From: a virus
Length of the DNA stretch: 64,000 bases
IMG/VR virus record: IMGVR_UViG_3300044511_000090
Coordinates: 1-64,000 of that record
Reading direction: 5' to 3' (one strand)
Shown here piece after piece: positions 37,415 through 47,315 of the stretch. How positions within the stretch are numbered: position 1 is the first letter of the stretch; every line of letters begins with the position of its first letter. The position numbers and the translations under genes were made by a program. The notes beneath the pieces were generated by a model, which was not told where the DNA came from, made no database searches, and saw nothing but the letters and a program-made list of their open reading frames with translations.

Positions 37415-38920
37415 ATGAAGTCGATTGAAGTGACGAACAGCAAGGCCGTGCAAAGCCTCACTTTGCCGTGGCCGGAAGAAGGCGGGCTTATCGAACTCCA
37501 AGGCTTCAATGGCGCTGGAAAGAGCGACACACTTGAAGCAATCGATGCCTTGTTTGGCCGCGATGTGGGCAAACTTGAGCGAACTGACGGCAAGGCGAAC
37601 GGGAAGATCGAAGGACTTGGCAAGTCAATCAAGATTACTGCCGCTGGTGGTCGGAAATCTGGCGCTCTTGAGGTCGTTTCGCTTGAGGACGGAATCGGAC
37701 TTGGCGATGTAATCGATCCAAAGGAAAAGTCTTTGGCCGCAGCAGACAGGAAGGCCGCAAAATCCCTGCTGAGAATCATCGGCGCAAAAGTTGACATGGC
37801 AAAGTTCTTTGAATTGGTTGGCAGCGAAGAAGAATTCAGAAAACTGGTCAACTCCGAAGTGTTCTTGGAATCCGATCTTGTCTCAGCCGCAGGCATGGTG
37901 AAGCGAGACATGGAGCAGGCGGCAAGACGGGCAGAGGCAACGGAGAAGAACTACAGCCAAGATGCTGCTGCTGAACTCAAGGCGGCAAATGGGACCGATT
38001 TGACTCTGCCAGACAACTCCAAAGAACTGAACGAGGAACTCGAAAGAGCAACTCGACGCCGAGAAGAGTTGCAGCAGAAATTGAAGGCGGCGATTCGATC
38101 AAAAGAAGACCATGAGCGTGCGAAAAACGAGCTACAGGCAGCAAAGTCGGCCTACTCTGGCCCTGAAGTCGAACACGCAAAGATCGAGGCAGAGAAGGCA
38201 AAATCCGCATTCCTTGTGGCAAAACAAAAGGTCGAAGATGCCCAGAAAGCACTGGAAGAGGCCAAGCTGTCTCTTGCATACGCAAATTCTGCACAATCGG
38301 AGGCAACTCAGGCACACAGGAGCGCCGAAGAATACGAGAAGCTGATCCAGAAGTGGAGTTCGGCGCTCGAAAGTACACTGGTCGTAGAGCCGCCATCGGA
38401 TGCTGATTTGGCTGGCTCTTTGCTGCTTCTCGAAAAGGCACGAGAGGCCGTTGAAACTGGAGTTAAGGTGAGGATGGCCAAGCAGCATAAAGCCAAGGCC
38501 GACGAACTCACACAAAAGGCGTCGGAAGCATCGAAGCAAGGGGCTATGTACAGGGATGCAGCCAAGGGGGTTGAGAAGATACTTTCGGACGCACTCCAAG
38601 CATCTGGCGGTCCAATCAAGGTGACTTCCGACGATAAGGACGAGCTTCGCCTTGTGTACACTGGCCACAAGCGCGGAGAGGTCTTCCTTTCTGACCTGTC
38701 GCACGGCGAAAGAGCCAAGCTGGTCATCCCGATGGTCATCGAGGCAATCAAAAAGACCGGACAGCCCGGTGGATTCACTTTGCCTCAGACGTACTGGGAA
38801 GGACTGACGCCAAACAGCCGAACAGAGATTGTGAAGATGCTGACCGGAAGCGGGGTCTGCTGCTATACGGCCAGAGCAGAAGACTGCGACATCAAGGCCG
38901 TTGTTCTTGGGAAGGAGTGA
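37415..38920 (+). CDS. SMC/SbcC-like coiled-coil ATPase
   Basis: GFNGAGKS Walker A, long coiled coil, LSHGE signature. Confidence 0.75.
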   Translation: MKSIEVTNSKAVQSLTLPWPEEGGLIELQGFNGAGKSDTLEAIDALFGRDVGKLERTDGKANGKIEGLGKSIKITAAGGRKSGALEVVSLEDGIGLGDVIDPKEKSLAAADRKAAKSLLRIIGAKVDMAKFFELVGSEEEFRKLVNSEVFLESDLVSAAGMVKRDMEQAARRAEATEKNYSQDAAAELKAANGTDLTLPDNSKELNEELERATRRREELQQKLKAAIRSKEDHERAKNELQAAKSAYSGPEVEHAKIEAEKAKSAFLVAKQKVEDAQKALEEAKLSLAYANSAQSEATQAHRSAEEYEKLIQKWSSALESTLVVEPPSDADLAGSLLLLEKAREAVETGVKVRMAKQHKAKADELTQKASEASKQGAMYRDAAKGVEKILSDALQASGGPIKVTSDDKDELRLVYTGHKRGEVFLSDLSHGERAKLVIPMVIEAIKKTGQPGGFTLPQTYWEGLTPNSRTEIVKMLTGSGVCCYTARAEDCDIKAVVLGKE

Positions 38921-38924
38921 TTTA

Positions 38925-39509
38925 ATGGGAACTCGTAATCTGACAATGGTTGTTTCTGGCGGGAAAACAAAAGTTGCCCAATATGGCCAATGGGACGGAT
39001 ACCCAGAAGGCCAGGGTCTAACGGCTCTCTTTTTCCTCAAGAGTACAAACCTTGAAAGGTTCAAGCTAAAACTTGATCAATGCAGGTTCGGAACCACAGA
39101 TGAACTCAAAAAGATTTACCTCCAGTTTACAGATAACGATTATCTGACTGAGGAGCAGCACAAAAGATTCATGTCTTCAGAATATGGCCATCTTAGTAGA
39201 GACCACGGGGCAAAAATCTTGGGGCTAATCTTAGATTCCCCAAGCGGTCTTATACTAAGTGACCAAAGCGATTTCGCTGCTGATTCGCTTTTTTGCGAAT
39301 GGTGCTATGTCATCGATTTTGACAAAAACACATTTGAAGTGTTCAAAGGCTGCAATCATGAGCCACTTGCAAAAGGAGAAAGGTTCTTCAATCTCAATCC
39401 GAGCGAACCAAGCAAGTATTATCCAGTCAAAAAAGTCGCCGAATTCAAACTTGGTTCTCTTCCGAATAAGAAAAAGTTTTTGAAGGTTTGCAGACCAGAT
39501 TCAGAGTAA
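38925..39509 (+). CDS. Conserved phage hypothetical protein
   Basis: MGTR...QYGQWDGYP...CEWCYVIDFD..TFEV; AT-richer than its flanks. Confidence 0.7.
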   Translation: MGTRNLTMVVSGGKTKVAQYGQWDGYPEGQGLTALFFLKSTNLERFKLKLDQCRFGTTDELKKIYLQFTDNDYLTEEQHKRFMSSEYGHLSRDHGAKILGLILDSPSGLILSDQSDFAADSLFCEWCYVIDFDKNTFEVFKGCNHEPLAKGERFFNLNPSEPSKYYPVKKVAEFKLGSLPNKKKFLKVCRPDSE

Positions 39510-40073
39510 AAAAGGAGGCAACATGCAACGATGGCGCAATGTTCCAGGATCGCTGACTATCGAATGCTACCGAGACCAGTTGGGCGTTCCGTTTGCCTTA
39601 ATGCCTGGGCCAGACAAAAGACTGCCAGACGAAATTGCGGCTTTCATTCCGTCTTGGGATGAATGTGAAGAGTCTGGCGAAAGCACAAATCTGGTTCTGG
39701 AGTTTGTATCGGCTGGCTGTGATATGCCGCCCGACTGGTGCGACGACAGGGATGTGATTTACGCGACATGCGGGAAGAAGGTTTTGCCGGATACTCTTCG
39801 CAACAAACTGGCAGAGATGTTCTCTGATCAGATTGACGAGTGTGAACTTGACCACGGAGAATGAAAGACACATGAAAACAGAGTTGCAGATAATGTGCTC
39901 CGAATGCAAAGGCATTTTGTTTCCAGTCCAGACATCTCGGCTTGAGGACTACCTTGGGCACAGGGTCTACGAATGCGAAAAATGTCACCAACAGTGGAAA
40001 TTTGTTCGAGAAGACGAGCCGTTCAAAACAGAAACAATACCACATATGCCATTTGGCAGATAGGAGAATGAGA

Positions 40074-41192
40074 ATGTCATCGTGGTTTGAAATCGACAAG
40101 AACGGGCTTGCGGCAATCCTTGAGAGGCGCGGCAAAGCATGGGCCATCTTTGAGTTGATCCAGAACGCATGGGACTCTGGCGCTACTGAAGTCAAGATTT
40201 GGCTCAACCAATCTGAACGGCATCAACGTGAGGCTTTGCTAGTTGTTCAAGACAACGGCGAAGGTTTTGACAATCTTGACGACTCATTCACCATGTTTGG
40301 GAAGTCTCGTAGGGCAAGCGACCCTACAAAACGCGGCAGGTATTCTTTGGGAGAAAAACTCGTTCTTTCTATATGCAAAGAAGCGAGCATCGCAACCAGA
40401 ACGGGTATGGTTGTGTTCTCGGAAAACAATAAGCGAAAGAAGTCAGAAACTTTCGATGGGACCAAGTTCTCATGTGTCATCAAAATGACTCACGCAGAGT
40501 ATGAAGAAGTGTGCGAGCGAATGAAAGAACTGATTCCGCCAATCGTGACTTTCTTCAACGAACAGAGGATTGATGGAGGCACATTCGTTGCATCATTTGA
40601 GGCATCTTTGCCAACGGTGACTTGGGATGTCGAAGGCAATCCTGGGAAAAGCATTCGCAAGACGGAAATCGGCCTGTTTGAGATGCTGGCAGACGGCCAA
40701 GGCATGATCCTCGAAATGGGCATCCCCGTGGTCGAGTGCGAAATACCGTATCGCGTGAATGTGCTACAGAAAGTGCCGCTCAACATGGACAGAGACAATG
40801 TGACACCGGCATTTCTCAAAGCTGTCCAAGTTGCCGTCATGAACAACATGGCATCGAAACTCCAAGAAGAAGATATTCGACAGCCTTGGGCACAGGAGGC
40901 ACTTGGAGATGCCAGGGCAACTCCAGAGGCAGTCAAGGTATCGCTTGTCAAGCGATTCGGCGAACGAGCCGTTGTCGCAACACCCGGCGACCCGATTGCA
41001 AACGCAACAGCGTCTCAGGCTGGGTTCACGGTTATTCCTGGAGGCTCGTTGCCGCCAGGAATGTGGGCCAATGTTCGCAAGCACGAGCTGCTTCAGTCAT
41101 CTGGCAAAGTTTTCCCGACTCCATCACCAGAGAAACTTGCAAAAGCGGCTGAAGAAGCTGGCGCTTGCCCGTCTTGTGGAAGAAGATTTTAA
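40074..41192 (+). CDS. GHKL (HATPase_c) ATPase
   Basis: ELIQNAWD, QDNGEG, GRYSLGEK, GT motifs. Confidence 0.8.
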   Translation: MSSWFEIDKNGLAAILERRGKAWAIFELIQNAWDSGATEVKIWLNQSERHQREALLVVQDNGEGFDNLDDSFTMFGKSRRASDPTKRGRYSLGEKLVLSICKEASIATRTGMVVFSENNKRKKSETFDGTKFSCVIKMTHAEYEEVCERMKELIPPIVTFFNEQRIDGGTFVASFEASLPTVTWDVEGNPGKSIRKTEIGLFEMLADGQGMILEMGIPVVECEIPYRVNVLQKVPLNMDRDNVTPAFLKAVQVAVMNNMASKLQEEDIRQPWAQEALGDARATPEAVKVSLVKRFGERAVVATPGDPIANATASQAGFTVIPGGSLPPGMWANVRKHELLQSSGKVFPTPSPEKLAKAAEEAGACPSCGRRF

Positions 41193-42132
41193 TGAGCAAA
41201 GCAGACACCGAAGTATTACGGAACGCACAAACATGCCTCGGATGTTTCGTACTGTCCGTAATTGCAATCATCTTTTCGATCAGCGCCGCTGTGGCGTTGG
41301 TTTGGTTGGTTGTCAAGTAACTCAGGAGAAAGCATGAATCCGATTCTTGAAAGCACGCTGAAGCAAATTGACCGCCTTGAGTCAAGCGCCACTGCCGAAG
41401 GAGCACCGGCGCTGCTGGTATCAAGCGGCGAACACAAAATGGGCGGCAAAGAACGAGCCGCATTCTGCAAAGGAGTTGCTTTCGGCCTCGGCATGATCCG
41501 AGAGCACATCGAAACGCTGCTCAAAGTGGCAGGAGCTCAATGATGCACACAAAAGAAGCGTGGCTTTTGCACTGTCTTTCAAAAGATGATGACGAGTGGC
41601 TTGTGTACACAAAAGACGAGCACACGGACAGTAGCGACATCCAGAACACAATGGATAAAAGTATTTGCGTGGTCAGCGGAGGTCTTGGCTGTTTGGAAGA
41701 AGGCGGATGCCATGAATCAAGAGCAAACGCAAGGCTGATAGCTGCGTCTCCATTACTTCTTGAAGCCTGCGAGTTCGTTCTTGCGTTTGTTTCTTCGCAA
41801 TTGGAAGCCGGTCTTGATTGCAAATATGAGAAGGAACTTCTCACAGAGACAATCAAAAAAGCCAAAGGTGAGCCATGACCAAAAAAGAAGAATACAGCCT
41901 TGAGAGGAACATCTACCGAATCTTGCTTGCCGCAAGAGAGTTAGAAGCTCTTGCCGATACCAAATACTCAGAATTCTGGCCTGATGACGGATACGAAACA
42001 ATCAGGAATTCGGCAGACAGACTCCAATCTCTTATGAACACTATCCTCGCGGCCAAGGGTCAAAGGAGTCTGGAACTGAGCTACACCGACAAAAGCGGCA
42101 AAACATGGGAACCAATACTTTAGGAGAAACAA

Positions 42133-42843
42133 ATGAGCGATTCATCGCAACTGGCAACGAACCCGATGACACTCCTTCAGATGGCAATCGAGAAGGGGAT
42201 AGACGCCGGGCAACTTGAGAAACTGATGGGTCTTCATGAACGATGGGAAGCAAGCCGAGCCGCCGAAGCGTTTGGCAACGCTCTTGCTGCATTCCAGTCA
42301 GAATGCGGCCCGGTGTTCAAATCCAGGTCTGCAAAGACAGACAAATTCGGCTACAAGTTTGCATCTCTTGACGACGTGATGGAAATTGCAGGGCCGATCT
42401 TGGCAAAGAACAAGATCAGCATTTCTTTTGACACGGAGCACAAAGAGATTTCATCCGATAATAAGAAGGACCACTTCCTGACGGTGATTTGCCGTATCAG
42501 AGTCGGCTCTTACTTCGAGGACCACAAGTTCACTTCGCCGGTTCCGTCAAGCCTTCGAGCATCCGAGCCGCAACAATATGGTGCAGCTTTGCAATACCTT
42601 AAACGGTACTGCTTGTGTGCGGCGCTAAACATCGTAACGACAGACAAAGACACAGATGCGGCCAGCGTTGTTGAATTTGTCTCTCAGGGGAATGTTGAGC
42701 AGATGAAGAGGATTATTGAAGAAGCCAATGTTGACATCGGCAGATTCCTTGCCTGGGCACAGATAGATTCCCTTGAACAGATGGCCGCAAAAGACTTCCC
42801 CAAAGCAATGGACCTTCTCAACAGAAAACGCAAAGGAGATTAA
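42133..42843 (+). CDS. erf: ERF-family ssDNA annealing protein
   Basis: YKFASLDDV...P.L....ISI; QQYGAALQYLKRY.L.AALNI....DTDA. Confidence 0.85.
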   Translation: MSDSSQLATNPMTLLQMAIEKGIDAGQLEKLMGLHERWEASRAAEAFGNALAAFQSECGPVFKSRSAKTDKFGYKFASLDDVMEIAGPILAKNKISISFDTEHKEISSDNKKDHFLTVICRIRVGSYFEDHKFTSPVPSSLRASEPQQYGAALQYLKRYCLCAALNIVTTDKDTDAASVVEFVSQGNVEQMKRIIEEANVDIGRFLAWAQIDSLEQMAAKDFPKAMDLLNRKRKGD

Positions 42844-42845
42844 CG

Positions 42846-44864
42846 ATGGGCAAGATTGTCAGACAGAAAAACAAAGCCGAAGGCGGAGTAACCGCACAAG
42901 AGAAACGGCTTTTTGCAAAGCACGTTCAATTGTGGACAGAACGCGCCTTCCGCACCGATCCAATCGACAGAGACAAGATAATCGAGGCGATTCATGGAAT
43001 CTACGAATCTGCTGGCCTGAAAAGGCCACGAGTCGTTATTGTTCCAAGTCCGATTGTGATGGCTTTTGCTGGAGGCTTTGCATCTGTAATTTGGAAACAC
43101 AAGAAAAACAGCCTTTCAGCCGTTGCCGCTACCGAATCTGTTGACCTCAATGCAACACGAAATGCAACAAGAGACGCAACAAGAGACGCAACAAGAGAAG
43201 CAGCCGACTCCGAAACACTTGAAACTGCGATGAACGAGACAGACTCTGAATCATTCTATGTTACACTAACTGCTGCCCGCGCCGCAACCGATGCCGCGAC
43301 ACGCGCCGTAGCCGACGATGCTGACCGTGATGAAATACGCAATGCAACAAGCGATGCGATACACTATGCGACCCGCTCCGAGGCCATCGCTGCAATCTAC
43401 AATGCAGCCGACTCCGATACCACAGCCGCGACACGCAGAGCTACTCGCATAGCGGCTATAAGTGCAATCCACGATGATACCGCCTCTGTGACACAGGATG
43501 CTGTCAGTGCCGCAACCGATGCCGCGATCCGAGATGCATCCGATGATGAAATCAAAAATTCGACCGACCGCAAAACACGAGCCGAGGTACAAGCTGCTAC
43601 CCTTTATTCGGTCTCATCTGCGACACGCGCTTCGACATACGCAGCGGCAGACGAGGCGATCAGCGATTTGACGCGCAAAGCAACCAGATATGCGGCCTAC
43701 GAGCAAACACGATCAGCGACAGACGAGGTAACCCACACTTCGACATTCGTTGCGACCATAGGTGCTACCAGCGTTGCAACAGTCTTAGCGACATCCGATG
43801 TGACACGCAACGCGATCAATTCTTCTGTCCAAGGAGCGGCAGATGCCGCGACACGCGCTGCCGCTGACGCAGCGACACAGGAGGCGATCTTTGTCACTAC
43901 CAAATCCGCAACCCGCAATGAGATAAGCGCTGCGATCCGCACTGCAACATCACTTGAGACAGCTGCTGCGACCGACAAGGCGACCCGCGATGCGATCAGC
44001 AATGCAACCTATAAGGCGACCTTTGCTGAAACCGCTTCTAAGACATTTGATTTGGCAGACAACAAGACGCGATATGCTACTCACGATTATACCCGCAATG
44101 CGGCGAGCGAGGCGGCAGAAAAGACCATCATTGCGGCCTCCGTTGCTATCATCGATACTACCAAATCCGATGCCAGCGATTTTATCTCATTGGCAAAAGA
44201 TATTCTTGGTGAAAACTGGAACGAAGGGATCAAAGAAGCGTCCAGATGGCAAGAATACTACCAAGGCGGCAATATGTGGTCATCATATGAATGCTACCTG
44301 ACCGCCTGCCGAGACATCATTGGTCTTGATCTTGAAATACACAAAAAGTACACTCACTGGGAACAAGCAGCAATCAATGGCGGCTTCCGATTCATGCACA
44401 GCGAATTCTGCATGGTCTGTGATTTCCCAGAAATCTTGAAAGTCGAAAACAACGTGCCTCATTGTACAGATGGCCCATCCCATAGGTGGCGAGACGGCTT
44501 TTCTCTTTGGCACATTGGCGGAATCTTGGTTGATGAGCAAATTGTTATGCGGCCAGAAACGCAGACTGTTTCTCAAATCAACAATGAGCAAAATGCCGAT
44601 GTCAAAGCAATCCGAATTCAAAGATACGGATGGGTTAGGTATCTTGAAGATATTGGGGCCAAGTGCATCCATCGCAGGCGAAATCTGGTAGAAGGAACAG
44701 TTGAAGCGTTGTTCGATGCTGGAGAGTTCGGGCGGAGGCTTGTGGCCACATGCCCGACATGGAGAGTGTTTTCTATGGGTGTTCCATCAAGTGTTGATGA
44801 TTGTGAGCAAGCTCAAAATTGGCTTGCTGGCGAAAAACCGTTTCGAGTGTTGGCAAGAACCTAA
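42846..44864 (+). CDS. DUF6745-like protein with Ala/Thr/Asp/Arg tetrapeptide repeats
   Basis: VPSP.V.AFAGG; QGGNMW...HSEFCMVCDFP...HCTDGPSHRWRDGF...I..EQNA. Confidence 0.8.
   Translation: MGKIVRQKNKAEGGVTAQEKRLFAKHVQLWTERAFRTDPIDRDKIIEAIHGIYESAGLKRPRVVIVPSPIVMAFAGGFASVIWKHKKNSLSAVAATESVDLNATRNATRDATRDATREAADSETLETAMNETDSESFYVTLTAARAATDAATRAVADDADRDEIRNATSDAIHYATRSEAIAAIYNAADSDTTAATRRATRIAAISAIHDDTASVTQDAVSAATDAAIRDASDDEIKNSTDRKTRAEVQAATLYSVSSATRASTYAAADEAISDLTRKATRYAAYEQTRSATDEVTHTSTFVATIGATSVATVLATSDVTRNAINSSVQGAADAATRAAADAATQEAIFVTTKSATRNEISAAIRTATSLETAAATDKATRDAISNATYKATFAETASKTFDLADNKTRYATHDYTRNAASEAAEKTIIAASVAIIDTTKSDASDFISLAKDILGENWNEGIKEASRWQEYYQGGNMWSSYECYLTACRDIIGLDLEIHKKYTHWEQAAINGGFRFMHSEFCMVCDFPEILKVENNVPHCTDGPSHRWRDGFSLWHIGGILVDEQIVMRPETQTVSQINNEQNADVKAIRIQRYGWVRYLEDIGAKCIHRRRNLVEGTVEALFDAGEFGRRLVATCPTWRVFSMGVPSSVDDCEQAQNWLAGEKPFRVLART
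43130..44170 (+). repeat. Degenerate 12-nt-period coding repeat (DATR/AATD)
   Basis: gcaacaagagac tandem units and many gcgacacgc/gcaaccgat variants. Confidence 0.8.
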
Positions 44865-44876
44865 CAAGGAGATGCT

Positions 44877-45332
44877 ATGTCAAGCGTGAAAGAAGTAATT
44901 CGGGAAATCCAACAACACGCCAAAGTCCTGAAAGAGCGTGTGAGTCCTGGGCAACCGGCTGTCTTGAATGAAGCCTGCTCTGTTGGTGACGGCGTATGGC
45001 AAGGAGACCTCGGAATCGAAATCGTTTCCGCAGTCCCTGAAGGATACGTCCTCGTCAAGAAGCCAAAGGAAGATGACAAGCAGATTGTTCCCGGCAACAC
45101 ACAAGGGAGCAAGCACGTTCTGCGAAGCATTGTCGGCGTATCGATTTGGAGGCCGAAGAATTGGCCAAGCGAGATTGGTATTTTCGGGCCTTGCATTGTC
45201 GCAGAATCCGAAGCAGTTATCGATCACCCAACACACGGGGAGGTTACAATTTCTGCCGGTCACACCATCCTGTGCAGATACCAGCGTGAATGGGATCAAG
45301 AGCAAAAGAAAGCCCGCAGGAATGCCGACTAA
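44877..45332 (+). CDS. Small partner protein of DUF6745-like gene
   Basis: QGDL...G.T.GS.H...HPTHG.V.I..G...YQRE. Confidence 0.6.
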   Translation: MSSVKEVIREIQQHAKVLKERVSPGQPAVLNEACSVGDGVWQGDLGIEIVSAVPEGYVLVKKPKEDDKQIVPGNTQGSKHVLRSIVGVSIWRPKNWPSEIGIFGPCIVAESEAVIDHPTHGEVTISAGHTILCRYQREWDQEQKKARRNAD

Positions 45333-45345
45333 CCAAGGAGTACAA

Positions 45346-45960
45346 ATGAAGATCATCGAATGCGCCCAGATTTCTCCAGAATGGTGGGAAGCACGCAGAG
45401 GGATTCCAACGGCGTCGAATTTCAGCAAAATCATGACGCCGAAGACCATGAAGCTGTCTTCTCAATGCGAAGAGTACATTGCTGAGCTCATTGCCGAACA
45501 GATATGCCTGACGCCGAACTATTTCACGGAACAAGGCAGGCCAATAACCAAGGCTATGACAGACGGCATCGACAATGAGCCAGAAGCCAGACGATTCTAC
45601 GAAATGGAGAAGAATTCAACTGTCCAGCAAGTCGGATTTATCACAACTGATGACGGGAGATTTGGGTGCTCTCCAGATGGGCTTGTTGGCGAAGACGGTG
45701 GCCTTGAACTCAAATGCCCGATGCTTAAAACCCAGGTAAGGTATTATCTGAATGGTGGCATTCCTGACGAATACATAACTCAGGTTCACGGCAGCTTGAT
45801 TGTCACAGGACGGAAGTGGTGGGACTTTTTAAGCTACTGTCCAGGATCGCCGCCAGTGATGATTCGGACTGTGCCTAATGCGTACACCGAGAACCTGAAG
45901 AAGTGTCTTGAACAGTTTTGGACACTGTATCAAGAGTCTTTGGACAAGTTCCGTAAATAG
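45346..45960 (+). CDS. YqaJ/lambda-type exonuclease
   Basis: EWWEARRGIPTAS, EPEAR..YE, GCSPDGLV..DGGLELKCP, Y..QV. Confidence 0.9.
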   Translation: MKIIECAQISPEWWEARRGIPTASNFSKIMTPKTMKLSSQCEEYIAELIAEQICLTPNYFTEQGRPITKAMTDGIDNEPEARRFYEMEKNSTVQQVGFITTDDGRFGCSPDGLVGEDGGLELKCPMLKTQVRYYLNGGIPDEYITQVHGSLIVTGRKWWDFLSYCPGSPPVMIRTVPNAYTENLKKCLEQFWTLYQESLDKFRK

Positions 45961-45978
45961 GCGCACGTCGCGCCTATT
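45956..45978. repeat. AATAGGCGC-N5-GCGCCTATT palindrome (copy 3)
   Basis: Exact reverse complement of copy 1; contains the TAG stop. Confidence 0.85.
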
Positions 45979-46238
45979 ATTTCCCTAGCAATAATGGAGA
46001 AGATCAAATGCCGCGTCTTACGTTTGATGATGAACTTGACCTGCTGAAGCAAATCGACGAACAGTTTTCAGGCGTTCGTGTATCACTTGGATTCACTTGC
46101 CCATGCTGCAAACAGCCTTGTCCTGACAACGAGTATCACACTTACGGGCGACACGAAGATTGCACCTACATCGTGAGGCTTCCTGCGACCAACACTTGCA
46201 CGAGAGCCGAAATCCCGCTCAGGGTCGGCAGATAGTTG

Positions 46239-46267
46239 TTGACTGGCAAGACGGCTTGGTATACACT
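46239..46267 (+). promoter_or_regulatory. sigma70-like promoter
   Basis: TTGACT-N17-TACACT; similar TTGACTGGC...TATACACT at 53735-53764. Confidence 0.65.
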
Positions 46268-46379
46268 CACCATTCTCCTGCCCGGAGATCAACACAAATT
46301 AGCTATGCCGACCCGATGGTTTTTCGCCGGGCAGGGGGAATTTACCAAAGGGTCGGCAGTTTTGTAACAAGGATCAAGG

Positions 46380-47306
46380 ATGCCAACAGAGGCCCATGAA
46401 TACGCAGAACTGTTCCCGCTTCACGAGGGGCAAACACTTGTCGATCTTTCTGAAGACATCAAAAAGAACGGGGTCATTGAGGCCATTGTGATGTACGAAG
46501 GGAAGATTCTTGATGGACGAAGGCGAGAGCTTGCTTGCGAGTCGGTAAACGTCAAGCCAAGATACAGAGCGTTCGGAAGCCTTGAATCAGATGGTGACGA
46601 TCCTCTTGCTTTTGTTTGGTCAAAGAACTTTCACCGAAGGCATCTGAATCCGAATGAGAAAGCACTTTCAGCGGCTCAATATGTCACAGCAAGCGCTGGC
46701 AGGCCAAAGCAATCAACTGACGAATCAGAGAAAAAGCCGATCACGAGAGTCGAGGCGGCAGAAAAATTCGACGTTTCCATAGATGCCCTGAAAAGGGCAA
46801 GGACGATTTCTGAAGGAGGGTCACAATCACTTGTTGACGCCGTCCAGAAAGAAGAATTGAGCATCAGCGATGCTGCATCGGTAGCGGGCCTTCCCAAGAG
46901 TATCCAAAACAAGGCCGTCAGCCGAGTCAGATCAGGCGATGCGTCAACGGTTAGAGAAGCAGCGAGGCAACTGTCTGACGAAACATCTGAAGCTGCTTTG
47001 GAAGAAGAGGCCAACCCGACAGACGAGACCATTGGCGATCAAATCAAGCGTGTAAACGCAGAAATCGAGTCTTTCTGCCGCAAGATGCTGAAGATGTTTG
47101 ATGACGAGTGCCCGCGAGACCCGTGGATTGTCGAAGAGGGGACCATAGATGGGGCCAGAAAGAAGGTTCAGAACGCTTGCCAAACACTGAGAACTGCCAA
47201 GTGTGAAGCGGAGTGTCCAAAGTGCGACGGCACTGGCTGTGCGAAGTGTTTCAAGACCGGACGTATGCCAAAGTTTGTTTTAGATCAACTTGGCACTTCA
47301 AAGTAG
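46380..47306 (+). CDS. ParB-N domain plus HTH protein
   Basis: L.EDIKKNG..EAIV.YEGKILDGRRR; SKNFHRRHL; EAAEKFDVS. Confidence 0.8.
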   Translation: MPTEAHEYAELFPLHEGQTLVDLSEDIKKNGVIEAIVMYEGKILDGRRRELACESVNVKPRYRAFGSLESDGDDPLAFVWSKNFHRRHLNPNEKALSAAQYVTASAGRPKQSTDESEKKPITRVEAAEKFDVSIDALKRARTISEGGSQSLVDAVQKEELSISDAASVAGLPKSIQNKAVSRVRSGDASTVREAARQLSDETSEAALEEEANPTDETIGDQIKRVNAEIESFCRKMLKMFDDECPRDPWIVEEGTIDGARKKVQNACQTLRTAKCEAECPKCDGTGCAKCFKTGRMPKFVLDQLGTSK

Positions 47307-47315
47307 GAGATACAC

